A stretch of 64,000 nucleotides of DNA from Antechinus flavipes. Lineage: Eukaryota. The DNA is taken from positions 393,700,001 to 393,764,000 of the forward strand of contig NC_067401.1 of NCBI RefSeq assembly GCF_016432865.1. Reading direction: 5' to 3'. Positions 10,086 through 22,170 of the stretch are shown piece after piece. The notes beneath the pieces are model-generated. The model did not search any database, had not been told where the DNA came from, and worked only from the letters and a program-made list of their open reading frames with translations. The position numbers and the translations under genes were made by a program. Within the stretch, counting starts at the first letter, position 1; the number at the start of each line of letters is the position of its first letter.

Positions 10086-13000
10086 GAAATTATAGGTCTA
10101 GATACCCCTTCAAAAAAAATCAGACTCTAGAACAGTGCTTCACATATAAGTACTTGTTATATTAAATCCAATTTTCTATTCAGAATAAGCTATAGAAATA
10201 GTCTATAATTTAAAAAAAAAATCTTTTAACCACCAAAGAATAAACGCTAACTTTGTATTTTATACTACTTACTATATGGTAAGAGAGGTGTGAGATAATA
10301 CCTCAGAGTTGTTTTAATTTGCATTTCTCTAATCAATAGTGATTTAGAGCATTTTTTTCATGTAACTATAGATGGCTTTAATTTTGTCATCTGAAAATTG
10401 TTTGTTCATATCCTTTGATCATTTGTCAATTGGGGAATGACTTATATTCTTATAAATTTCATGCAGTTCTTTATATACTTTAGAAATGAGACCTTTATCA
10501 GAAATACCGGCTGTAAATTTTCCCCCCCAGTTTTGTACATAACTTTTAATCTTGGTTCTGTTGGTTTTGTTTGTGCTAAACATTTTTTAATTTAATGTTA
10601 TCAGAGTTGTCCATTTTACCTTTCATAATATTCTCTAGTTCTTTGTTGGTGATAAATTCCTCCCTTCTCCAAAATCTGATAAATAAATTATTCTTTATTT
10701 TCCTAATTTGTTTATGGCATCATGCTTTATTCCCAAATTATGTATCAATTTTTTTTATCTTATTTTGGTGTGAGGTGTGAGATTCAAGGCTATGCAGAGT
10801 TTCTTGTTACTTTCCAGTTTTCCAAGTAATTTCTGTCAAATAGTGAATTCTTATTTCAGAAGCTGGAGTTTGGGGGTTTATTAAATATTAGATTTCTGTG
10901 GGCCTTAATCATTGTGCTGTATATCTAATCTATTCCAGTGTTCTGCCACTCTATTTCTTAGCCAGTACCAAATGGTTTTAATGACTGCTGGATTATAATA
11001 TAGTTTTAGGTTTGATACTGCTAAGCCACCACCATTTGTATTTTTTTCATTAATTCTCTTGATGTTCTTGAGTTTTTGTTCTTTCAGATGAATTTTGTTA
11101 TTACTTTTTCTAGTTTTATAAAATAAAGTTTTAGTAATTTTATTGGTGAAATAAATTGTTATTTAAGAAATAAATTAAGTGAATAAGTTAAGTAGACTAA
11201 TATAGGCAGAATTGTCAATTTAATCATATTAGCTCAGCCTAGCTATGAACACTTGATATTTTTCCAGTTGTTTAGATCTAACTTTATTTATGTGAGAAGT
11301 GTTTTGTAACTGTGTTCATAAAGTTCTTGAGTTTGGCTTGGCAGGTAGATCCCCAAATATTTTATTTTGTCTACAGTAATTTTAAATGAAATTTCTCCTT
11401 TTATGTCTTGCTGATGGACTTTGTCAGTAATATATAGAAATGTTGATGATTTGTATAGGTTTATTTTATGTCCTGCAACTTTCCTAAAATTTTGAATTGT
11501 TTCCAGTAGGTTTTGAGACGATTTTCTAGGATTCCCTAAATATATCTGCAAAGAGTGATAGTTTTACTTTCTCATTGCCTGTTCCAATTTCTTTAATTTT
11601 TTTTCTTTTCTTATTACTAAAGCCAGCATTTCTAGTTCAATTCTGAATAATAGTGGTGATAATGAATATGCTTGTTTCATCCCTGATCTTATTGGGAATG
11701 TGTCCAGCTTTGCTCCATTACAAATAATTCTTGCTGTACATTTTATATAGATCTGCTTAATATTTTAAAGAAAGCACCTTTTATCCCTATGCTCTTTAGT
11801 GGTTTTAATAGGAATGGGTGCTGTATTTTAGCTAAAGCTTTTTCTGCATCTATTGAATTTATCATATGATTTCTGCTAATTTTGTTATTGATATGGTTGA
11901 TTATGGCAATAGTTTTCCTGATATTGAACCAGCCCTGTATTACTGGTATAAATACTTCTTTGTTGTAGTATATTATCCTGCAGATAAATTGCTGTATTCT
12001 CTTTGCTTATATTTTATTTAAAATTTTTGCATCAATACTCATTAGGGAGATTGGTCTATAATTGTCCTTCTCTGTTTTGGCTCTTCCTGGTTTAGGTATC
12101 AGTACCATCTTTGTGTCATAGGAGGAATTTGACAGGACTCCTTCTTTACCTATTTTTCCAGATAGTTTACATAATATTGGAATTAATCATTCTTTAAGTG
12201 CTTGGTAGAATTCACTTGTGAATCCATCTGACTCTGGAGATTTATTTTTAGGGAATTCATTAATGACTTATTCAATTTTTTTTTCTAAAATGGGACTATT
12301 TAAGTAATTTATTTCTTCTTCTGTTAGTCTGACAATTTATATTTTTGGAAATATTCATCCATTTCATTTAGATTGTCAAATGTGCTGCCACACAGTAAGG
12401 TAAAATAGCTCCTAATTATTGCTTTAATTCCTTTGTCATTGGCGGTAAGTTCACCTTTTTCATTATTGATATTAGTGATTTTTTTTTTCCTTTCCTTTTT
12501 CTCATCAAATTAACCAAAGGTTTATTTTGGTTTTTTTTTTTTTTTCATGAAAACAATTCTTAGTTTTATTAATTAGTTTAATAATTTATTAGTTTCTTTT
12601 TTAATGATCCCTCTCTTGAGTTTCAGAGTTTTTAGTTTGGTATTTAATTGGGAGTTTTTTATTTGTTCTTTTTCTAGATTTTTTAGTTGAATACCTAATT
12701 CATTGATCTCCTCTTTCCCTGTTTTATTTATGTAGCTACTTAGAGATTTAAAACTTTCCCTAAGAACTGCTTTGGCTGCATCCCTTTGGTTTTGGTATGT
12801 TGTCTAATTATTGCCATTCTTTTGAATGAAATTATGGATAATTTCTGTGATTTGTAGTTTGACCCACTCATTCTTTAGAATTGTTTAGTTTCAATTTGGT
12901 TTTTAGTCTATTTTCTCCTGGTCTTTTATTGAATATAATTTTTATTGCATTGTAGTCTGAAAAGGAAGCATTTATTATTTCTGCCTTTCTGCATTTGATT

Positions 13001-13771
13001 ATAAGGTTTTTATGCCACCCTTTGGCATGGTTTAGTTGTTATGTACTGTCATACTCTTCATGTGAGCTAATTTTCCCATTATACCTCCCCTCTCTTCTTT
13101 TTCCAATGCATACCTTTTCCCACCCCTTAATGTTTTTTTCTTTGATGTTGTTACATCAGCGTCCATTCACAATCATACCCTCAGTCCATGTGATGCCTTC
13201 CTATGTCTGCTCCTGTAATAGATACAGTTTTTAGGAGTTATAGATGTCATTTTCCCATCTAATGATGTAAACAGTTTAACCTTTAAATAATATATTTTCC
13301 CTCTGTTTACCTTTATATGCTTCTCTTGATTCCTGTGTTTGTAGATTAAATTTTCTGTTTAGTTCTATTTTTTTTAATTGAAATGATTAAAAGTCTCTTA
13401 CTTCATCGAAGCTTCATTACCTCTCCTGAAAGATGATACTAGGACTCATTGGATAATTAATTCTTGGTTATAACCCTAGGCCTTTCACAATATGGTATTC
13501 TAGGCCCTCTGATTCTTTATTGAGGAAGCTCCCAGATCCTGGTTTAGCCTGACTGTTGCTCCTTGATTTTTAAATTGTTTTTGTCCAGCAGCTTGCAGTA
13601 TTTTTTCTTGAGATTGTAGTTTTGGAGTTTTACAACAATGTTCCTTGGGATTTTCCTTGTGAGGTCTCATTCTGAAGGTGATTGATGGATTTTTTCAATC
13701 AGTATTTCATTCTCTGTTTCTAGAGGTTGGGGGCAATTTTCCTTAATGATCTCTTGTAGAATCCTATCCAA

Positions 13772-13775
<4 letters not shown>

Positions 13776-13802
<27 letters not shown>
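13776..13802. repeat. T27 homopolymer within L1 ORF1
   Basis: Direct count; gives the poly-K in ORF 13720..13905. Confidence 0.95.
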
Positions 13803-14165
13803 GCTCATGGTCTTTAGGTACACCAATAAATTTAAAATCATTTATTCTGGATCTATTTTCCAGGTCAGCTGTTTTTCCAATGAAGCATTTCACATTTTCT
13901 TTCATTTTTTCATTCTTTTTAATTTGTTTTCTTTTCTAAGCTGTTGACTCTCTCCTGCATATATCTCATTTCCTTTCTCATTTTTTTCTCCTATCTCTCT
14001 TATTTGCCTTTTAAAGTCTTTTACAAGCACTTCTAAGAAGCATCTTTGGGCCTGAGACCAATTCATAGTACTCTTTGAGATTTCTCTTGTGGACATTTTG
14101 TTCTGGTGTGAGTTTGTATTTTGGTCTGCCTGCTCACTATAGTAACTTTTTATGGTCAAGGTTCT

Positions 14166-14375
14166 NNNNNNNNNNNNNNNNNNNNNNNNNNNNNNNNNNN
14201 NNNNNNNNNNNNNNNNNNNNNNNNNNNNNNNNNNNNNNNNNNNNNNNNNNNNNNNNNNNNNNNNNNNNNNNNNNNNNNNNNNNNNNNNNNNNNNNNNNNN
14301 NNNNNNNNNNNNNNNNNNNNNNNNNNNNNNNNNNNNNNNNNNNNNNNNNNNNNNNNNNNNNNNNNNNNNNNNNNN
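14166..14375. other. Assembly gap (210 N)
   Basis: Run of N. Confidence 1.
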
Positions 14376-15879
14376 AGCTCTGCTCTTGGAGTACAGATAG
14401 TTCTATGCCAAGTTTCCTGTGCAACTCTAAACCTTGGCTCTGAGCACAGGGGCTCCTTATGTTTGCATGGACTAGCTTTGACTGCTTTTTTTCAGGAAAC
14501 AGCCTGGGAAGCATCTTTGTTTCCAAAGTTTGCCTTCTGAGCTGAGACTGGAAGCTGCCTCACTGATCTGCTTCACTACTGAGCCAGGACTGAGGATCTT
14601 AGTTACTGCTTTGCTGTGATTAAGATCCTCCCACTGGCTTTCCCAGAGTCTTTCTGAGTAGAGCTGAACACTCTCTTCACGCTAGTGAGAATGACCTTTC
14701 TTGAAGTTTTTTCTAGTATATCTTGAGCTTGAGAGTGTTTTCATTCTGTCAGACTTTTGTTCAGAGGCTTGGTTTTATGTGGCTTTTGAAAGAAACAAGG
14801 AAATTTTGAGTAATTTCTTGCCTTTATTCTACCATCTTGGTTCCACCCTCAAGGTAACTCCCATAGCAGTTCTTTTGACAAAGAATGGTCTACTTTATGA
14901 TGCATATTTCTTTTCTGGTGAAGCCCACAGCTTTTAGGTAATTAGATAATAGTTTATGGAGATGTGAGGAAGGAAGGAGAGATCAATCTATTAAAACAGA
15001 TAAACTGAACCATACTTTGTAATCAGTGGGATGAGAAATGTCATATCCAGATTATTCTTAAGTTTAAGAACTATGTGTTTTAGCTGAGAAAAGCACTTTA
15101 TTAACCAATAGATTGTTTTGTCAACCAAAAAAGCAACAATAACAACAAAACCCAAAACTTTCCCACACCACTTCCAAAAAAATAGCAACTTAGAGATTCA
15201 ATGAACAGAAGTACAAAGAAAGAATGTCTTCATGTTCTGATTGGTCAAACAAATATGGTACCTGAAGTATTATATGTAGTTTGTATGCCACATTTTAAAA
15301 GAAAAATTAAATATATGGCATCAAAAAAGAATTACTAAAGTTGTGAAACTTACGCTAAATTATCCTTAGAGAGACTGGACATGTTTAGCATGGAATTAAA
15401 AGGCTTACTGTATATAAGACATAATAGCTATCATCAAATTTCCAAGTCTGCCATGAAGAAGAAAAGAGATTTTTTTTTTTCCTGTTTATCCCCAAAGACA
15501 GAACTGGAACAAGTGAGTGGATTAAGAATCACAGAGATATTTCATATAATTCATTATAATATGGGGGGAAAAAGACTTTACAAAACACTTATCTACCATT
15601 TAGAGCAATGCAAAAATGAACTAAGTAAGCTTATGATATAATCCTCCCTTTTTAGCTGCAAGTATTCTAGAAGATGCAGCATGATGGAAGTGGTATGAAA
15701 GAAAGAATAGCTGCACTTGTTGGGAAATTGGAATGAGTGATGTTGGTCTAAATAAATTCTGAATTTTCTACAACACTCAATCTTTTAAATTTTTAATCAT
15801 GATAGTATATAGAGAACCATGTATATCTCACTTCTCAAATCCTGGCCTCCTCAACAGTAAATCATTTAATTTTTTTCTA

Positions 15880-16333
15880 ATATTATTTTTAATAGTAGCT
15901 TTTTATTTTCAAAATATATGTAAAGATAGTTTTCAACATTTACCTTGCAAAAACTTGTATTCCAAGTTTTTCTTCACTCTCCTTAACCTCTTCCCCAGAC
16001 AGCAAATAATCTATGTTGAAAAGAGCCATGTCCACCAGAATAGATCATCACATAATTTATTGTTGCTCTGTACAATGTTCTCTTGTTTCTATTCACTTCA
16101 CTTTGCATTAGTTCATGTAAATCTCTCTGGGTCTTTATGAAATCAATCTGCAATCTTTTCTCATAGAACAACAGTATTGTATAACATTCATGTACCGTCA
16201 CTTATTCAGCCATTCCCCACCTGATCCGCATCCATTTATTTCCCAATTCCTTGCCACTATCAAAAGGGCTGCTACCAAAATTTTTGTACACATGGATCCT
16301 TTTCCTTTTTATGATCTCTTTGGGATAGAGCTC
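15880..16333 (-). mobile_element. 5'-truncated L1 3' end with internal deletion
   Basis: TTTTATTTTCAAAATATATGTAAAGATAGTTTTCAAC... to CTTGCCACTATCAAAAGGGCTGC. Confidence 0.85.
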
Positions 16334-18589
16334 TACAAATCTACACAATACAAGGCAGTATAAGAGAGTAACAAATGGCAGAAACAAAGTACCTAAGGAG
16401 ATCAGAGGAATCATATTTTGTACAGCTATGCTGTTTCAGACTATTTTTGGTTCAGAATGACAGATAAACATGGTTTCTTGAATAAGAGTCTTTTTTAGGT
16501 TAGGAAATTGCCAACAACTATGCTCTGGCCACCCTATTGCCATCCACTTTTCTTTAGTTCCTATCCAATTTTTGTTTCCATCTTTTATTCTGGGATCAAT
16601 AAGCAAATCAAAGCTAACATTATTTTTAGATAGCCTTTATCAATTAACTTCCATATTTCTTCAGTCATCATATTGATATGATGCAACTTCTAGTCATTAT
16701 CCCATGGCTTCTGTTACTTATGAAAATATAATCTTCAAGGTAGGGACTGTCTCACCTTTTCATTTATCTCCCTAGCACTTCTCACAGTGCCTGGCACATG
16801 ACAAGTGATGATTTTATTCAATTTATTCATTAATTTTTAATTAAATTACTTGACTTAAAATCCTGGAGATGCTATTCCTACATATGTGACCTCTGGCAAA
16901 CCAGTTCACAGTACTGATTCTTAGTTAAATGATGAGATTCAATTAAATCATCCTTGAAAGTTTAAATTTTTATCATTCAATTTTTTAATAGTTATGTTTT
17001 GTTGCTTTATTTTCAATAAAACTCTTCCTTAATATTATGAATTAGTTTCTTAAAAGAGCAGTTGATGTCATGCTGAGTGTCAAGTTGCAGTTTCTTAGAT
17101 CTGAGAGTGAACTCTGATCTCCAGAAATGAGTCAGAGGTATCTGATGAACTACAAAACGGATGCAGATGCTGATTTGCATGAAGTGACCTGTTTTTTAAG
17201 CTTCTTTGCCCCGGTGGAGCTAAGGATTTCAGTGTTGATGATATGGACTAATTGAAAAAGGTTTCAGTAGAAAGATAACATTGGAACTGAACCTTAGAAA
17301 GTGGATAGAACTTTGATAAGCAGAAAGGAAGAGTTTGTTATTTGAAGTTGAGAGCACAAAAGTGGAGATAGAATATTGCAAATAGCTTTAGGGAATGGAT
17401 GATAGATCATCTATCAAGCTAGAATTTAGGCTTTCTATAGAGGAATAATGGGAAATAAAACTTTAAAAGTAAATTAAATTTTATTTTAAGGATCTTGAAC
17501 ACCCAAATAATATCTCTGTATTATATTCAGTAATATTTGCTGGAGGTTCTTTTAAAAAATACATTTTATTTCTCACAAAAATCTTAAGGGGAAAGTAGTA
17601 TAAAGAAGTTCATGGAAGTTGAAAGACTTGTGCATTGTTCAACAAGTAAGTAATTGACCTTTGAATCAAATGTAGATATTTTTGCTCTAAATTCTGTGCA
17701 AGTAAGTACCAATATCCATAAAACAAGGAGGAGCCATTAAAATCCAAACTATTTGCTTTTTATGTTCTGTGAGGATTGTATGACTACTGAGATCTACTCT
17801 CACTCCCACTCAAATTTTGATTTTATGATTCTCTGAAGTTTTTTGAGCATAGGAGTAGTAAGATCAAAGCAATGCTTTAAGGAGATTAATCTTCCAGAAT
17901 AAATAATGACCTGATTAACTATCAAGAGTGAACACTAAACTTCTAAGTTAATTGAAAACTGAGCACTTTTAACATTTCAATCATCAGAGGAACTACAGGA
18001 TTTTCTGTATGATTTTAACAAACAACAATTAATAGAAGGCCAGAGAAGTTTGTTCAGATCATAGGGATGACTTTTAAAATTCAATTAACTTCCAAGAATG
18101 AACTTTTTTAGGTTTAATTATATGAGTACAAATAGTTACATGTAGTGACATAACATATAATTACAATAATAGTGGTAGCTTACATTTATATAGCACTTTA
18201 CAAAAGTACAAATTCAGAAATCTGTTAAGTTAGGTATAATCTTAATTATGCATAAGGAATTTTTTTTTTTTGCATAAGGAATTTGAAGAATTGAAATGTG
18301 AATTTCTTGTTACTACACAATTCTTGGTAGAACCAGGGAAGGTCATTGTTTTGACTCTATATCTAGTGCACTTTATATTATACTTCAATGTTCTTTAATA
18401 ATATTACTGTCCAGTTATATTGTTTTAAACCATTATTAAGATGATTACTTTTGTAATAACAGATATATTTAAAATTTTCAAATCATATTTCATTTCCCTT
18501 TAATTATAAGTAAAATAATTTAAAACATTTTTAAAGAAAAGTTTTACTTCTCATATTTTATGACCACGTATGGATAGCATGAATTGCCA

Positions 18590-18830
18590 GAGCTAGTAAT
18601 GCAGACTGTGCCCCATAACAAAGCAATTGACTGATAGGGATAGGCATAGAAACTAGATGTGTGATTTCATTGGTATTTAGAACTCTTAGATTTGGGAATT
18701 CCTTCTATCAGTGTAAGAGGTAGAGGTGGAAAAACAAATAGGGCTGAACATTTTCTACATCACAGTAACAGAAAGATGCTCAGGAAGCTTAGAAGTTAGG
18801 TGGCTTGCCTATAGCCAATATATGTCAAAG
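18590..18830 (-). mobile_element. MdoRep1/WALLSI4-type SINE
   Basis: TGTGATTTCATTGGTATTTAGAACTC...CTATCAGTG motif. Confidence 0.55.
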
Positions 18831-19779
18831 AAGGGACTGACCAATAGAAAGACAAAACCTGCTCTTGCCAGTTAAGATTTTCCAGTAGTAATATTTTAGG
18901 AATGTAAAGTAGAAGGTAGAGTTCATAAAACAGCTGTCTAACATGTAGAAATATAATAAATAATCTGAGTTATTTTGCTTGTTCCAATTCCCCATCCCAG
19001 AAATATGTATGCTTAAGTAAATTAAACAATTCATTTTTATAAGCACTTAATAAATGCCTTCTATGTTCAGGTCACTGTTAGAGCCCAAAGAACAAAAGAT
19101 GAAAGTAAATAAAAGCATCTGAGCTTACATTCGGTTATGTAATGTAAAGATAAAACTTTATAATGTCATAATGCTTGATTCTGTATCTTATTTATGCTTC
19201 CTTTACCACTAGGACTACCTTCTCTTTCCTCTCTTTAATCAATGACTTTCCCCATTCCCACTTACATTCTGAATATAATTAAAGATTCCCTGTTTTATGA
19301 GTAAATATTTTGCCTCTGCAGCTACACTGGCCCTTCTGAGACTAGGTTCTGTATTCAGGAGCTTCTCTACAAATTAATGGCTACTTCAAGAATATTTCTA
19401 CTCTACTAGACATTGACTAAAATATTTGTTCATTCAATTTGGTCTCTGAGATTTAGGCAAATTTAATAAAGGACTAGAAGAAAGTGAGGAAAAACATGAA
19501 GGAAGACTAAAGGATTCAGGGCTATTTAGAATTTCAATTCACTCAGCAAACATTTATTAAGAAACCAAAATACCTGTAAGTAGAAAATATTGAAGGTGAA
19601 GGTGAAAGGGGAGACTTCACAAGTGTCATTAAGTTATCCTCATCATGTCAAGTAGTAATTATCTGTTTCAGCTGAAAAGAGGAGTGGAGAGATTTGAATG
19701 AAGTTGTAGAAAATACTTCTTGATTATAATTGATATATCATTAAAACAGCTCACTCATTGAAAATTAGAATCTATTTTT

Positions 19780-19893
19780 TTTTTTTTTTTTTTTTTTTAT
19801 AATAAATTTTATTTTATTTAATAATAACTTCGCATTGACAGAATCCATGCCAGGATAATTTCTACACGACATTATCCCTTGCAATCACTTATG
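19780..19893 (-). mobile_element. Young, severely 5'-truncated L1 stub with perfect 15-bp TSD
   Basis: T24 run; L1 3' end text GACAGAATCCATGCCAGG...ATTATCCCTTGCAATCAC; TSD TTAGAATCTATTTTT at 19765-19779 and 19894-19908; TT/AAAAA endonuclease site on minus strand. Confidence 0.93.
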
Positions 19894-20290
19894 TTAGAAT
19901 CTATTTTTAAAGTCTTTAAAAAAAACAACTCTGGTATAATTTAGATGGAGTATTGTCTGAAAACAAGTAGATGAACTAGATGATGTCTATAAGTACTTTC
20001 CAAAAGATGTCTATGATACTAGAGAATATATTAGTTTAAAGATTGATTATCTATTTACTTGTAGTGCAAGGAGATTTCTAATTTAAATTTATATTGACTA
20101 ACCAAAATTACTTTCTATCATCAAAGATCTAATATATATGATTAAAGTTCATTGTTATTACCATCCTTTACATAAAAATTGAGTGTCTTTCAAACTGAAT
20201 TCTTTTTGAATACTTCCCACAAATCTAGTCATATTTATATCTATAGAAGAACACACTGACATAATTAGTGGAAGACAGGCTAATAATCAA

Positions 20291-20512
20291 GGTAGTTAGA
20301 TGGCACAGTGGATAGAGTACTTGACCTAAAGTCAGGAAGATTCATTTTCCAGAGTTCAAATCCTGCATCAGGCATTACCCTATTTTTCTCTTTTCTTCAT
20401 CTGAAAAATGAGCTAGAGAAAGAAATACCAAACCACTTCAATATCTTTGTCAGGAAAATTAAGTCACAAAAAGTTGGATACTACTGAAAAGTCACTGAAA
20501 GTGACTGAACAA
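20291..20512 (+). mobile_element. Mar1-type SINE with internal deletion
   Basis: A box TGGCACAGTGG, B box GAGTTCAAATCC, RTE-like tail AAACCACTTCAATATCTTTG...GACTGAACAA. Confidence 0.85.
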
Positions 20513-20732
20513 TCTTTCATACAATAAGGCTTGTCTTCATAAGTTGATTTTATCGAATGCTAGTTACGTAACCAGGAACAAGTAAATTAGCAACTTAGAA
20601 CTCCATACAGTTCTTTAAGACTACAAATAAAGTTATGACTGATCTTCATTGATAAATGGAATTTTCATGACTGGAGTTCATGTTAATAAAATCACAGGTT
20701 TGAAACAACCACAAAACACACAAAGTATGTTT

Positions 20733-20968
20733 TAGTACAGTGTGAGTTATAGGAGAATTCAATTTATAAGATCTATGCATTTTCCAATTTGCAATCTCAA
20801 TTGTTTAAATCAATTTTCAATTCCTTCACATACAATACTAGGTATTGATTTAGGTCTATGAAATGTAACTAGTAATTATTTATAAGACAATATTGAAGCT
20901 AAATTATATCTAATTGTAATAAAGCAGAATTTGTCTACTCTCAGTTGTATTCATGTACTTTTAATTAT
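20733..20968 (+). repeat. Dispersed direct duplication, copy A
   Basis: Aligns with 21771-22020 at about 85-90% identity by manual alignment. Confidence 0.92.
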
Positions 20969-21489
20969 ATTTGTATATATATGCATACATCTGGTACAAA
21001 ATCTTACATTTTATTTTGCAGGGTCAGTTCAAACAATGATAACATTATTACATGACTAATGTTTTTGATATGAAAAAATAGCACTCATACATTTTTTTTT
21101 TTGTATTTTACCTTTCAGCTTGAATAACAGGCTTTCAAATTAAATAGGAAATACTATCACACAGTAATCTGAAGAGTATAGTTCTTCCTACCTTTGTGAA
21201 AGACAGCAGTAGCATTTTTTTGTTGTTGTTCTCAATAGGAAACATAAATAATATTAACACAGTTTGGTCAGGAAGAAAAATACACATGTTTCTAGACAAG
21301 GATTGAAAATTATAGCTTTTGTGAGTTTATATTCATTGGAGACTAAATTTTTACTGCAACATATGTGATTTCCTCACATTCTGAATTTTCTGGCTTCAAC
21401 AAATACTTCTTTGCTCCCTCCCTCCATTCTCTCCCTCCTTCTTTTGTCCTGCTTTTTCTCATTCTCTCCCTCCCTCCTTTCTTTCTAGA

Positions 21490-21722
21490 TCTATGACTAG
21501 AATAAAAAGGAAGCAGACTTTTGGCTCAAAATAAGGAAAATAGCCCTTACTAGTAAGATGAGTTCAAACTGGTGCCATAAGTTTTCAGGAAGATAAGGCC
21601 AGAGCACAGGTAGAAAATTCTTGAAAATTGAATATTTTAGGTCATGGATGATCATCTGTTGCTATTATTCTAGATAGGATTTTGAATAGGCAATTTTTTA
21701 AAACTTCCTTCCAACTCAGAAT
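21490..21722 (+). mobile_element. L3/CR1 3' fragment
   Basis: GGAAGCAGACTTTTGGCTCAAAATAAGGAAAA...CCTTCCAACTCAGAATTC. Confidence 0.6.
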
Positions 21723-21770
21723 TCGAACTGTTTTCCCATGATGTTGAATGTGTTACCAAAACAGAAATTA

Positions 21771-22020
21771 TAGTATAGTGTGAGTTATGGGAGAATTCAG
21801 TTTATAAGGTCTATGCATTTTCCAATTTGCAATCTTAGGTGTTTAAATCATTCTTCAATTACTACACAGACAATACTGATTGATCAATACAATATTGATT
21901 TAAGGCTATAAAATGTAACTACTAATTCTTTATAAGACAATATTGAAGGTAAATGGTATCTAATTGTAATAAAGCAGGAATTTGTCTAATCTCAGATGTG
22001 TTCATGATATTTTTATTATT
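21771..22020 (+). repeat. Dispersed direct duplication, copy B
   Basis: Aligns with 20733-20968; carries an extra segment of about 13 bp. Confidence 0.92.
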
Positions 22021-22121
22021 GTTTTACAGATCATTTAAATATTATGAAGTTTATTAAACTATTTTCAATTATGAAATAATATACTGAATCTATGTTATCA
22101 ATTTATCATTTTTCTTCACAG

Positions 22122-22170
22122 GTATCATATCTTTTGGGTGACGAGATGTCTACCATTATGGGGCTTACAG
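22122..22170 (+). CDS. KCNT2: KCNT2 coding exon (human exon 4 equivalent), 49 nt: (W)YHIFWVTRCLPLWGLQ, S1-S2 linker and S2 start
   Basis: ttcttcacag acceptor, gttata donor; matches recalled human SHIFWVNRSLPLWGLQ; same length and phase. Confidence 0.95.

Larger units (their letters stand above)
10285..14850 (-). mobile_element. Degenerate L1: 5'UTR, ORF1 and most of ORF2; 3' end absent
   Basis: 5' terminus (reverse complement) GAGGGTGGAACCAAGATGG at 14850; ORF1 remnants (ENRSRINDFKFIG, ORF 13720..13905); RT remnant (QIYLGNPRKSSQNLLETIQNF..., ORF 11288..11551); many stops and frameshifts. Confidence 0.92.

Noticed and set aside
14075-14540. Four long ORFs of 82-139 aa
   Set aside because: Artefacts of the 210-N gap being read through as X codons, inside an L1
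6601-14850. L1 3' piece (6.6-7.35 kb) and L1 body (10.3-14.85 kb) as one split element
   Set aside because: The 3' piece has its own TSD, and the intervening DNA contains older L2 and SINE fossils that could not have inserted later
1-22000. Search for KCNT2 exons 2-3 (RVQVEFY..., LRIRLFNFSLK...)
   Set aside because: No matching sequence found by eye; presumed upstream of the window
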